DNA of 53,503 bases, taken from Chloroflexota bacterium (GTDB taxonomy: Bacteria > Chloroflexota > Limnocylindria > Limnocylindrales > CSP1-4). A program made the translations under genes and the position numbers. This document shows positions 1-7,691 of this stretch, in pieces. The stretch lies in assembly GCA_025935415.1 (NCBI GenBank), contig JAICVI010000002.1, positions 1-53,503 of the forward strand, in the 5' to 3' direction. Below the pieces are notes generated by a model that had not been told where the DNA came from, made no database searches, and saw only the letters and a list, made by a program, of their open reading frames with translations. Position 1 is the stretch's first letter; each line of letters begins with the position of its first letter.

Positions 1-257
1 AGCCAGCCGTCGAGCGCGACGACACTCGGATCCGTGCGCAGGGCTGGTCCCAGCGACGCCGCCACGGCCACGGCCGGAAGCCACCAGTCGAGGGGGTCGG
101 CGGGTCGCCGCCGTCCCAGCAGCGCCGCGAGCGCGAGCGTCGCCAGCGTGGCGATGGGCACGTTGATTCCGAGCGCGACGTTGTCGAAGAGCAGCTCGGC
201 GACGATTCCGCCGGCGAGGGCGGCCATGACGGCGCGACGTGCGATGGATGCGTCCAC
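1..257 (-). CDS. Membrane protein, N-terminal part only; the gene runs off the left edge of the window
   Basis: The reverse strand shows GGAGGA, a 5-nt spacer, then GTG (257..255). It then reads VDASIARRAVMAALAGGIVAELLFDNVALGINVPIATLATLALAALLGRRRPADPLDWWLPAVAVAASLG, which is hydrophobic, GC3-rich and open to position 1. It is absent from the ORF track because no stop lies inside the window. Confidence 0.4.
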   Translation of the reverse strand, partial: MDASIARRAVMAALAGGIVAELLFDNVALGINVPIATLATLALAALLGRRRPADPLDWWLPAVAVAASLGPALRTDPSVVALDGW

Positions 258-366
258 GTAGGTCCTCCAGGTTGCGCGACCACTCTGGGGACGTGGTGCG
301 TCGGGCAATGGGAGACTGGGGGACGCCTCGTCGCGGACCGGTGTGGCGCGAGCAGGAGGACTCGGG

Positions 367-783
367 ATGCACCTCGACATGGCGGAGGCGCTCCGCCGGG
401 CGGCGGCCGCCGACCACGGCGTGCTGGCGACCCTCAATGCAGGTCGCGGCGCAGACCTCGTTCCGGCGTGCTTCGCGATCGACGATGCCTGGGCGGCGAT
501 CCCAATCGATTCCGTCAAGCCCAAGGGCTCCACGGCCCTCGGCAGGATCCGCAACCTCGAGCGCGACCCGCGGGCGACGCTGCTCCTCGAGCATTGGGAT
601 GCGGACGACTGGACGCGCCTGTGGTGGGTCAGGCTGTCCCTGGTCCGCGCCGAGGCGGCGCCGGAGGTCGTCGCGCGCCTGGAGGCGGGCCTTCGTCGCC
701 GCTACCGGCAATACGCGAGCACCAGCTTTGTCGAGCTGCTCACGTTTCGCATCGAGGACGTCGCTGGATGGTCGGCGAGCTGA
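367..783 (+). CDS. PPOX-class (pyridoxamine-5'-phosphate-oxidase-like) probable F420-dependent enzyme, Rv0121/TIGR03668-like
   Basis: Track ORF 343..783. The ATG at 367 lies 6 nt after AGGAGGA. The motifs HGVLATLNAGRGADLVPACFAI and RIRNLERDPRATLLLEHWDADDWTRLWWVRL match my memory of this family. Confidence 0.7.
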   Translation: MHLDMAEALRRAAAADHGVLATLNAGRGADLVPACFAIDDAWAAIPIDSVKPKGSTALGRIRNLERDPRATLLLEHWDADDWTRLWWVRLSLVRAEAAPEVVARLEAGLRRRYRQYASTSFVELLTFRIEDVAGWSAS

Positions 784-802
784 GCTTCTTCCAAGGCGGC
801 GG

Positions 803-1432
803 CTAGGGGGCCGGCGACGTTCCGCGGGCCACGTGCACGGCGTGGTAGCAGAGCAGCGCGACGGCGCTGCGGTACGGTCGGAACACGTCTCCCGCCGCGA
901 GGAGCGCCTTCGGCGCGAGCAGCTCGTCCTGCTCGTGGATCAATCGCCAGCCGTGGCGGACGCCGAGGTCGTCGACGGGCCACACATCCGGTCTCCGGAG
1001 CTCGAACAGGAGGAACATCTCCGCGGTCCACCGTCCGATCCCGCGGACCGTCGTCAGCCGTTCGACGATCTCGTCGTCCGAGAGCGGCTCGAGGTCGTCG
1101 AGCGGCACGCTGCCGTCACTGACCTTCTGGGCGAGATCGAGCAGCGACCGAGTCTTGGCGGTCGAAAGACCCGCGGCGCGCAGCACCTCCGGCGCGGTCG
1201 CGAGGATGGCGGCCGCCGTGACCTCGCCGCCGATGGCCGTCACGAACCGCGCATGGATCGCCGAGGCGGCACGGGTCGCGAGCTGCTGGAAGACGATCGC
1301 CCGGGCAAGCGACGCCAGGGGATCGCCCTGGCGGGGGCGCGGCTCGGGGGCGCCGGCGCGGTCGATGAATGCCCCGATCCGCGGGTCTGCCTTGGCGGCA
1401 TGGGCAAGGGCGACATCGCCGGGATCGGCCAC
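803..1432 (-). CDS. HhH-GPD base-excision DNA glycosylase (DNA-3-methyladenine glycosylase II, AlkA-like short form)
   Basis: This is the C-terminal ~210 aa of track ORF 803..2230. It carries the helix-hairpin-helix/GPD motif TTVRGIGRWTAEMFLLFELRRPDVWPVDDLGV. A GTG at 1432 is the plausible start. The upstream 260 aa of the track ORF overlaps the PAS/MBL genes and is Arg/Ser-rich, so I rejected it. Confidence 0.75.
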   Translation of the reverse strand: MADPGDVALAHAAKADPRIGAFIDRAGAPEPRPRQGDPLASLARAIVFQQLATRAASAIHARFVTAIGGEVTAAAILATAPEVLRAAGLSTAKTRSLLDLAQKVSDGSVPLDDLEPLSDDEIVERLTTVRGIGRWTAEMFLLFELRRPDVWPVDDLGVRHGWRLIHEQDELLAPKALLAAGDVFRPYRSAVALLCYHAVHVARGTSPAP

Positions 1433-1568
1433 GACCGAAGGATCGCATGGCCGTCCGGATGCAGCGTGCGGCCTGGTGCGGCGGGCTAGCGGCCTTCGGA
1501 TCGGCGCGGTGGCGGATGCGGATCCGGCTGTCCATGATCCCTCGGTCCGGCGTACCGTCACCCGTGCC

Positions 1569-1961
1569 ATGGCCCAGCAGCCCATCGAGCTCATCCTGTT
1601 CCGGCAGCTCGCGACCCAGCTCGCCGTGCCGGTCTTCCTCGTGGACAGCCACGGCGACGTGATCTTCCTCAACGAGGCGGCAGAACAGCTGCTTGGCATC
1701 CGCTGGGACGACCTCGAGGAGCTCCCCTTCGAGCAGTGGACCACGCAGTTCCGGCCGCGCCATCCAAACGGCTCGGCGATGAAGGTCGAGGACATCCCCC
1801 TGGCCCACGCCGTGCTCCATCGGCGCCCCGCGCATGCCGCGCTTCGGGTCGTCGGCACCGATGGCGTCGACCACATCATCGAGGCGACCGCCTTCCCCCT
1901 CGAGGGCAGCCGCGGCCGGCTCCTCGGCGCCGTGGCGATGTTCTGGGAGCGCGACCACTGA
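1569..1961 (+). CDS. Small PAS-domain protein
   Basis: The ATG at 1569 lies in the frame of track ORF 1155..1961. It reads MAQQPIELILFRQLATQLAVPVFLVDSHGDVIFLNEAAEQLLG...IIEATAFPLEG, a PAS-fold pattern. Its stop overlaps the next start (TGATG). Confidence 0.7.
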   Translation: MAQQPIELILFRQLATQLAVPVFLVDSHGDVIFLNEAAEQLLGIRWDDLEELPFEQWTTQFRPRHPNGSAMKVEDIPLAHAVLHRRPAHAALRVVGTDGVDHIIEATAFPLEGSRGRLLGAVAMFWERDH

Positions 1962-2793
1962 TGGACGTGACGTTCTGGGGAACGCGGGGATCCATCGCCA
2001 GCGCCGGCAAGGCGACGCAGCGCTACGGCGGGAACACGGCTGCCGTCCAGGTCACCGGGCGGGACGGCACGGTCCTGATCTTCGATGCGGGCACCGGCAT
2101 CCGTGAGATCTCGGAATCGCTTCCTCCGACCCTCCGGCGCGTCGACATCTTCCTGAGCCATCTGCACATGGACCACATCCAGGGGCTCGGGTTCTTCGCG
2201 CCGATGTTCACGCAGAGCATGGACGTCCACCTCTGGGCCCGCCGTCGGCGACGCTCGACCTGCGGCGTCGCCTGACGCGCTACCTCTCGCCGCCGCTGTT
2301 TCCCATCCGGCTCCGGGACCTCTCGCGACATGTCGGTCTGCACAACACCCCCGAGCGCCCCGTGCTGATCGGCGGCCTGGAGGTCACCGCGGCGGAGGTG
2401 ATCCACCCCGGCCCGACGGTCGGCTATCGGGTCCGCGAGAGCGGGGCGACGATGGCCTACATCCCGGACCACGAGCCGGCGCTGGGCAACCCGGCCTTTC
2501 CGGACGGCGGAGCCTGGACGTCCGGCCACGAGCTCGCGAGCGCCGTGGACCTCCTCGTCCACGACGTCCAGTACTTCCCCGAGGAGCGGGCCGCGCGCGT
2601 TGGCTGGGGCCACAGCTCGACGCTCGAGGCGGCGGCCCTGGCGGAGCAGGCGGGCGCCAGGCGCCTCTCGTGCTTCCACCACGATCCCGGCCACGACGAC
2701 GCCACGATCGATCGCCTGGTCGGCGAGGTCGCCGCGGCGGCGCCGGGCGTGGAGGTCAGCGGCGCGAGCGAGGGCCAGACGATCTCGCTGTGA
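1961..2793 (+). pseudogene. MBL-fold metallo-hydrolase split by an apparent 1-nt deletion near 2235..2240 (a real frameshift or an assembly error)
   Basis: The N-terminal half (frame of ORF 1736..2275) reads MDVTFWGTRGSI...DIFLSHLHMDHIQGLGFFAPMF...DVHLW, then runs into ARRRRRSTCGVA and a stop. Shifting one frame at the tgggcc run gives GPPSATLDLRRRLTRYLSPPLFPIRLRDL...PVLIGGLEV..HPGPTVGYRV...YIPDHEP..., which joins ORF 2362..2793 seamlessly. Confidence 0.6.
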
Positions 2794-2920
2794 GCTCCAG
2801 CGGCCCGGCGGCCGGCGCCATCGACGCAGGGGCAGCCGGTCTGCCCGACCACCGCGGGGCGGGCCGTCGTTGCAGGCGCTCGAACGTCAGGACCGCCCCG
2901 GTGGCGTCTTCGAGGCGGAA

Positions 2921-2960
2921 CCCGGGGTCAGCCCGGGTCAGCCCGGGTCAGCCCGGGCAG
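2921..2960. repeat. 10-bp tandem repeat (gcccgggtca), about 4 copies, each containing a CCCGGG palindrome
   Basis: Read directly: cccggggtca gcccgggtca gcccgggtca gcccgggcag. The stop codon (tca at 2948..2950) of the reverse-strand lipoprotein gene lies inside copy 3. Confidence 0.85.
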
Positions 2961-3379
2961 TGGCTCGACGCGAAGGCCGTGATCTGACCGTAGGCGGTGG
3001 CGACGTCGCTCGGTGGCGCCGGCACGGTGCTCATGATCGACATCGATGCCGTCCAGTCGGCGACGGCGAGGAGCGCCGGGGCGATGTCTTTGAACGCCGC
3101 GATGCTCGACCAGTTCCGGAGCAGCGGCGAGATCAACGTGGCGGCGGCGGCATCCTTCGGCGGCCAGTTGGTCGTGATGGTCTCGGTCATGAGCTGGCAG
3201 AAGCCGGCGACCGTGTTCGGATCGACGTCCGTGCCGCCGCCGCTGCCCGTGGTCGCTGCGGCCGTTGCCGCGGCCGTGGCCGGCGGGACCGTTGCCGGGT
3301 TCTGCGTGGCGGTCCCGCTGTTCGAGCAGGCGGCAAGGGCGCTCGAGGCGAGCAGCATGGCGACGAGGCGTCTGGTCAT
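2948..3379 (-). CDS. Small secreted lipoprotein, unknown function
   Basis: The ATG at 3379 is preceded by GAAGGAGA. The N-terminus MTRRLVAMLLASSALAACSNSG is a signal peptide with a lipobox (LAAC). The upstream part of track ORF 2948..3529 runs into the tRNA gene and is rejected. Confidence 0.65.
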   Translation of the reverse strand: MTRRLVAMLLASSALAACSNSGTATQNPATVPPATAAATAAATTGSGGGTDVDPNTVAGFCQLMTETITTNWPPKDAAAATLISPLLRNWSSIAAFKDIAPALLAVADWTASMSIMSTVPAPPSDVATAYGQITAFASSHCPG

Positions 3380-3493
3380 CGGGAAACGGTCTCCTTCGTG
3401 CAGGGCTGGGGCCCAGTGCCCAGGTCGCACGCTACCCAACCCATCGGCGGACAGCGTCAACGCGCCCGTGCGGCGGCTTGCGAATGGGTGAAG

Positions 3494-3570
3494 TGGTCGG
3501 GGCGGCGGGATTTGAACCCACGACTTCATCGTCCCGAACGATGCGCGCTACCAGGCTGCGCTACGCCCCG
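3494..3570 (-). tRNA. tRNA-Pro (anticodon CGG), CCA encoded
   Basis: The reverse complement reads CGGGGCGTAGCGCAGCCTGGTAGCGCGCATCGTTCGGGACGATGAAGTCGTGGGTTCAAATCCCGCCGCCCCGACCA. It folds as a cloverleaf with a 7-nt anticodon loop TTCGGGA and a GGTTCAAATCC T-arm. Confidence 0.9.
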
Positions 3571-3640
3571 ACCGGCCCGTTTCACAGGGCCCGCGGATGA
3601 TACGGCAAGGGCCTCCCGGCCGCCACGCGGGCGGCCGCTG

Positions 3641-4891
3641 TCAGTCGTTCGAGAGCACCGGCCGAGCCTGCCTCGGTGGGTCGTGGACCGGCCACATCAC
3701 CACCGCCGCGGCCAGGAAGGACGCCGCCATGAGGCCGAAGACGATCGGCAGTCCCGCGGTCTCGCCGAGGTTGTCGATGAGCGCCCCGTAGACGCCCGTC
3801 CAGAGCGAGCCGACGCCGAAAGCCAGGGTGAAGTAGAGGGCGAACGCGACGTCCCGGATCCCGGTCGGGACCGCGTCCGCGAGGAGCGCCTGCAGCTGCG
3901 GGCTCTCCGCGAACGAGAACAGGCCCATGATCGCGATACCGACCCAGAGGCCGAGGATGCTCGAGCCGGCCGCGATGAACGCGAGGAAGCCGACGGCGCC
4001 GCCGATGTAGGCACCCAGGATCGTGGGGCGGCGCCCGATCCGGTCGGACAGCCACCCGGCGACCAGGGGCATCGGCACGGACAGGACGATCAGCGCGCCG
4101 TACATCAGGTTCGAGGTGTCCTCGGGCAGGCGCAGGACGTGGGTCACGTAGAGCAGGGCGAAGAGGTTCGCGACACCGAGGCCCCGGCCGCCGCCGCCGA
4201 GCACCGAGGAGAGGTACGTCCGCCTGATCGTCGAATCGCGCCCGATCGCGCGCACGGCGTCCACCACCGAGCCCTGCCGGATGGCCGCGAGGCGGTCGGC
4301 ACCTGTTTCGCGGACCCAGCGGAACATCGCCAGCCCGAGCAGGGCGGTCGGGATGCCGAAGAGCACCACGAGGCCTCGCCAGCCGCCCACGTACACGAGA
4401 AGCCACGGCCCGGCGATGGCGGCGATGACCGACCCGACGTTGCCGCCCGAGATGTGGGCGCTGATCGCGAATCCGCGACGCTCGGGCGGGAACTGCTCCG
4501 CGAGGAGGCCGTTCCCCACCGGGTGCTGCGGCGAGCCGCCGATCCGCGACACGATCGTCGTTGCCGCGAACGCCGCGAACGACGGCACCACCGAGAGCGC
4601 CGCGAAGCCGAGGCCGAAGACCAGCTGCCCGACGGTGAGGATCGGCCGGCGCGCGACCCTGCGCGTGACGAAGGCGTAGGTCGCCTGCACGAGCCCGGAG
4701 GCGACCGCCGACGCCGCAGCGACGAACGCGATCTCCCCGACGCCGACATGGAACTCGTCGATCACTCGCAGGTAGATCAGCGGCAGCAGGACCGCCTGGG
4801 CGTGGTTGAAGGCGTGGGCGATGGACAGCAGCCACAGCGTCCGCTGCGGGTGGATCGTGGCGGCCTCGGACGAAGTCGGCGAGTCGGTCAC
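3641..4891 (-). CDS. MFS transporter
   Basis: Track ORF of 416 aa with a GTG start. It has about 12 hydrophobic segments and an MFS-like loop motif (VTRRVARRPILTVGQL). It sits 25 nt downstream of the PAS gene on the same strand. Confidence 0.85.
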   Translation of the reverse strand: MTDSPTSSEAATIHPQRTLWLLSIAHAFNHAQAVLLPLIYLRVIDEFHVGVGEIAFVAAASAVASGLVQATYAFVTRRVARRPILTVGQLVFGLGFAALSVVPSFAAFAATTIVSRIGGSPQHPVGNGLLAEQFPPERRGFAISAHISGGNVGSVIAAIAGPWLLVYVGGWRGLVVLFGIPTALLGLAMFRWVRETGADRLAAIRQGSVVDAVRAIGRDSTIRRTYLSSVLGGGGRGLGVANLFALLYVTHVLRLPEDTSNLMYGALIVLSVPMPLVAGWLSDRIGRRPTILGAYIGGAVGFLAFIAAGSSILGLWVGIAIMGLFSFAESPQLQALLADAVPTGIRDVAFALYFTLAFGVGSLWTGVYGALIDNLGETAGLPIVFGLMAASFLAAAVVMWPVHDPPRQARPVLSND

Positions 4892-4916
4892 CCGGAGCAG
4901 GCCGTGGCGCGGTCGG

Positions 4917-5396
4917 TCAGGCGGGTTCGGGCACGGGCGCGCGGCGCCGCCACGTGCTCAGGTAGCCATCGCCGAGGCGGATCGCCCGCATGTCGTACAT
5001 GCCACCGACCCAGGCCCCACCGATCACCGTGTCGTCGACCGGCGCGCTGTCGTGGTGGTACGGGCGGCCGGTTTCGACGACCTCGCGGAGCGTGTCGAAG
5101 TACCCGCTGGAGCGGAGCTCGGGAAGCAGCTCGCCCGTGATCAGGCCGACCATCGCCTGCCGCTCGACGCCGGCCCATGCGACGGCAGCCTGGTTCACGA
5201 ACTCGAGCCGGAAGTCGAGGAGGCGGCCGTCTCGATCGCGCACCGCGGACGCGATCGACACCGGCTCCTCGATGCCGTCGAGCAGGTCGACGAGCCGACT
5301 GCCGAGAGATTCGTGTGGGCTGGGCACCTTGCTCGCCAGCATACGCGAGGCCGGTGTGGCGGGGCGCCGGGCAGCCCCACGAGAGGAAGCGACCAT
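4917..5396 (-). CDS. PAS-fold sensor-domain protein
   Basis: Track ORF of 159 aa with AGGAG 4 nt upstream of the ATG. The stretch VSIASAVRDRDGRLLDFRLEFVNQAAVAWAGVERQAMVGLITGELLPEL...REVVETGRPY is PAS-like. Confidence 0.6.
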   Translation of the reverse strand: MVASSRGAARRPATPASRMLASKVPSPHESLGSRLVDLLDGIEEPVSIASAVRDRDGRLLDFRLEFVNQAAVAWAGVERQAMVGLITGELLPELRSSGYFDTLREVVETGRPYHHDSAPVDDTVIGGAWVGGMYDMRAIRLGDGYLSTWRRRAPVPEPA

Positions 5397-5468
5397 GGAG
5401 CTCCTGCGGCAATCGCTGGGTGGGCGCCGCGCCGGAAGCGAAGGGACCGGCGCGACGGTCGCGAAGGC

Positions 5469-5480
5469 TAGCAGTTGCTA
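5469..5480. promoter_or_regulatory. Candidate TetR operator: inverted repeat TAGCA-gt-TGCTA in the divergent PAS/TetR intergenic region
   Basis: The perfect 5+5 inverted repeat tagcagttgcta sits in the only AT-richer stretch (ctagcagttgctatacaagtcgtccagtatcg) between gene starts 5396 (-) and 5542 (+). Confidence 0.25.
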
Positions 5481-5541
5481 TACAAGTCGTCCAGTATCGT
5501 TACGGTGCTATGGTGCGTCCGTGAACATCGCCGTGCCGCCG

Positions 5542-6126
5542 ATGACGAGATCTCGACCCGGGCGGCCCCGGAAGGCCGCCACCGACGCCGCGATCATCCG
5601 TGCCGCGGTCGAGCTGATGACGGCGCACGGGGTCCAGGGCACCACGCTGACCGCCGTCGCCGATCGTGCCGGTGTGGCCCGAGCGACCGTCTACCTGCGC
5701 TGGCCGACGAGGTCGGCCCTGATCGGCGCCGCGGCGCGGGCCGCCGTCGCGGGCAGGACGCTGCCGCTCTCGGGCAGCATCGAGGACGACATCCGCGTTG
5801 CCGCCACGTTCCTGCAGCAGGTCTTCGCGGCCCCAACGTTCCCGGCGATGCTTCCGGAGATCGTCCGGGGCGTGCTGGCGAACCCGCCGGAGGTCGTGTT
5901 CGACTCCGTGGCCCCCCGCCGTCGGGAGCTCGCCAGGATCTACCGCGAACGCGCCGCGGAGCAGGGCTTCGAGACCGAGGTCGACCCCAACCTGCCCTTC
6001 GACATGCTCCTGGGCACGGCCATCGCGCACCTCCTGGCGAACCGCAGGCCGATGTCCGAGGACGACGCCGCGGACCTCGCCGAGGTCGTGATCGAAGGGT
6101 TCCGGGGGACCGCAACGAGGGCCTGA
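5542..6126 (+). CDS. TetR/AcrR-family transcriptional regulator
   Basis: The ATG at 5542 (alternative GTG at 5521) lies in the frame of track ORF 4990..6126. The N-terminal HTH reads AIIRAAVELMTAHGVQGTTLTAVADRAGVARATVYLRWPTRSAL. Confidence 0.85.
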   Translation: MTRSRPGRPRKAATDAAIIRAAVELMTAHGVQGTTLTAVADRAGVARATVYLRWPTRSALIGAAARAAVAGRTLPLSGSIEDDIRVAATFLQQVFAAPTFPAMLPEIVRGVLANPPEVVFDSVAPRRRELARIYRERAAEQGFETEVDPNLPFDMLLGTAIAHLLANRRPMSEDDAADLAEVVIEGFRGTATRA

Positions 6127-6144
6127 CCTGCGCGGGCTGGAGAA

Positions 6145-6168
6145 AGGCCCGCTCTTGCGAGCGGGCCT
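6145..6168. terminator. Bidirectional intrinsic-terminator-like hairpin between the convergent TetR and glnA genes
   Basis: aggcccgctc-ttgc-gagcgggcct forms a 10-bp GC-rich stem with a 4-nt loop. It is flanked by agaa on the left and tccttcc on the right. Confidence 0.6.
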
Positions 6169-6205
6169 CCTTCCCCGGCGATCGAACGGGGCCGAAGCCC
6201 CGTGG

Positions 6206-7558
6206 CTAGAACTGCTCGAGGTAGCGATCGACCTCCCAGTCGGAGACCTGCGTCCGGTACTCGTCCCACTCGGCCCGCTTGGCGTCGACGAAGTGGCTGA
6301 AGACGTGGTCACCGAGCGCCTCGCGGATCACGTCGTCCTTCTCGAGCTCGTCGAGGGCCTCGCCGAGCGTGCCCGGCAGCTCCTTGATCGACTTGGCCGC
6401 GATGGTCGTCGCGTCCATCTCGAAGAGCGACTCTTCGACCGGCTCGCTGAGCTCGAGGCCTTTCTCGACCCCGTCGAGGCCGGCCGCGATCATCGCCGCG
6501 AAGGCCAGGTAGGTGTTCGATGACGGGTCCGGGCAGCGAACCTCGAGCCGCGTGCCCTCGATCGACTTGCCGGGCGAGACCATCGGCACCCGGATGAGCG
6601 CCGAGCGGTTCGTCCGGCCCCAGGTCAGGTACGTCGGGGCCTCGTAGCCCGGGACCAGCCGCTTGTAGCTGTTCACGAGCGGGGCGAGGACCGAGATCAT
6701 GCCCCGGGCGTGGGCCAGGATCCCGGCCGCGTACGACTTCGCCAGCGGCGACAGGCCGTACGACGACTCGGCGTCCGCGAAGGAGTTCCGCGACTCGTCG
6801 ATCGAGTAGAGGCTCTGGTGGGTATGCATGCCCGAGCCGTTGATCCCGTGGATCGGCTTCGGCATGAACGTCGCGTAGAGGCCGTGCTGCTGCGCGATCG
6901 CCTTCAGCGTGAACTTGAACGTGATCGCGTTGTCCGCGGTCTGGAGGGCGTCGGCGTACTCGAAGTCGATCTCGTGCTGGCCGGCCGCAACCTCGTGGTG
7001 CGCTGCCTCGACGCGGATGCCGAACGCCTCCAGCGCATCGACCATGTCGTGGCGGATGGACGTCCCGAGATCCGAGCTGAAGTCGAAGTAGCCGGCCTGG
7101 TCGTGCGGCAGCGGCTCGATCGTCCCGTCCTCGCCGCGGCGGAACAGGAAGAACTCGAGCTCCGGGCCCATGTTCACGATGTAGCCGAGCTTCTTGGCAC
7201 GCTCGACCTGACGCCGCAGCACGTAGCGCGGGTCGCCGGCGAACGGCTCGCCGCGGGGCGTGAAGACGTCGCAGATCACGCGCGCCGCGGTGCCGTTGGA
7301 CCACGGGATCTCCGAGAAGGTCCGCATGTCCGGCATCAGGTACTGGTCGCTCTCGGCGATCCGGGTGAAGCCCTCGACGGACGAGCCGTCGAACCATGTC
7401 CCGTGGCGGACCGAGCCCTCGAGCTGGTGGATCGGGATCGTCACCGCCTTGACGACGCCCATGATGTCGGTGAACTGGAGCTGGACGAAGCGGATCCCCT
7501 GCTGCTTCGCCGCCTCGATCTCCTCTGCGCTGGACACCGCTTCGTAGGGCGCTACCAC
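6206..7558 (-). CDS. glnA: Glutamine synthetase, type I
   Basis: Track ORF 6206..7669. A GTG at 7558 lies 8 nt after AGGAGG. The sequence VVAPYEAVSSAEEIEAAKQQGIRFVQLQFTDIMGVVKAVTIP...MGPELEFFLF...HHEVAAGQHEIDF...NGSGMHTHQSL... carries classic GS-I motifs. Confidence 0.9.
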   Translation of the reverse strand: MVAPYEAVSSAEEIEAAKQQGIRFVQLQFTDIMGVVKAVTIPIHQLEGSVRHGTWFDGSSVEGFTRIAESDQYLMPDMRTFSEIPWSNGTAARVICDVFTPRGEPFAGDPRYVLRRQVERAKKLGYIVNMGPELEFFLFRRGEDGTIEPLPHDQAGYFDFSSDLGTSIRHDMVDALEAFGIRVEAAHHEVAAGQHEIDFEYADALQTADNAITFKFTLKAIAQQHGLYATFMPKPIHGINGSGMHTHQSLYSIDESRNSFADAESSYGLSPLAKSYAAGILAHARGMISVLAPLVNSYKRLVPGYEAPTYLTWGRTNRSALIRVPMVSPGKSIEGTRLEVRCPDPSSNTYLAFAAMIAAGLDGVEKGLELSEPVEESLFEMDATTIAAKSIKELPGTLGEALDELEKDDVIREALGDHVFSHFVDAKRAEWDEYRTQVSDWEVDRYLEQF

Positions 7559-7691
7559 CGACGCTGCCTCCTGGGTTCCAGCCGGGCCGGCTTGTGCACC
7601 GCGCACGAGCGGGGCTCGACTTGCTCTCTCGGGAGGCGATCGTAGCACCGGCCATCGCCCTGGCGACACGCGACCGAGCGCGATTCCCGCG

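Noticed and set aside
34-261. 75-aa + strand ORF at the left edge
   Set aside because: The product is Ala/Ser/Arg-rich with no RBS. The opposite strand has a GGAGGA-GTG start and a plausible membrane-protein N-terminus, so I prefer that reading.
2921-2960. Whether the short tandem repeats (here and at 22411..22588) could be a CRISPR array
   Set aside because: The unit lengths and spacings (10 bp head-to-tail; two copies 120 bp apart) do not fit a repeat-spacer architecture. No cas genes are present.
3380-3640. Possible integrated mobile element or genomic-island boundary at tRNA-Pro(CGG), and likewise at tRNA-Pro(TGG)
   Set aside because: No integrase, recombinase, transposase or phage gene exists anywhere in the window. 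I found no duplicated copy of the tRNA 3' end, apart from the weak, very local resemblance noted near 22480..22500.
2600-5140. 846-aa + strand ORF spanning the lipoprotein gene, tRNA-Pro and the MFS gene
   Set aside because: It reads straight through a tRNA gene and runs antisense to a well-supported MFS transporter. Its composition is dominated by R/G/P/E with no recognisable domain.
7559-7691. Possible promoter (TGcTACGAT-like -10 near 7639..7650, reverse strand) or riboswitch in the glnA leader
   Set aside because: The -10-like hexamer is plausible, but I cannot identify a matching -35 or any conserved structured element. Known glutamine riboswitch motifs are not recognisable by eye.
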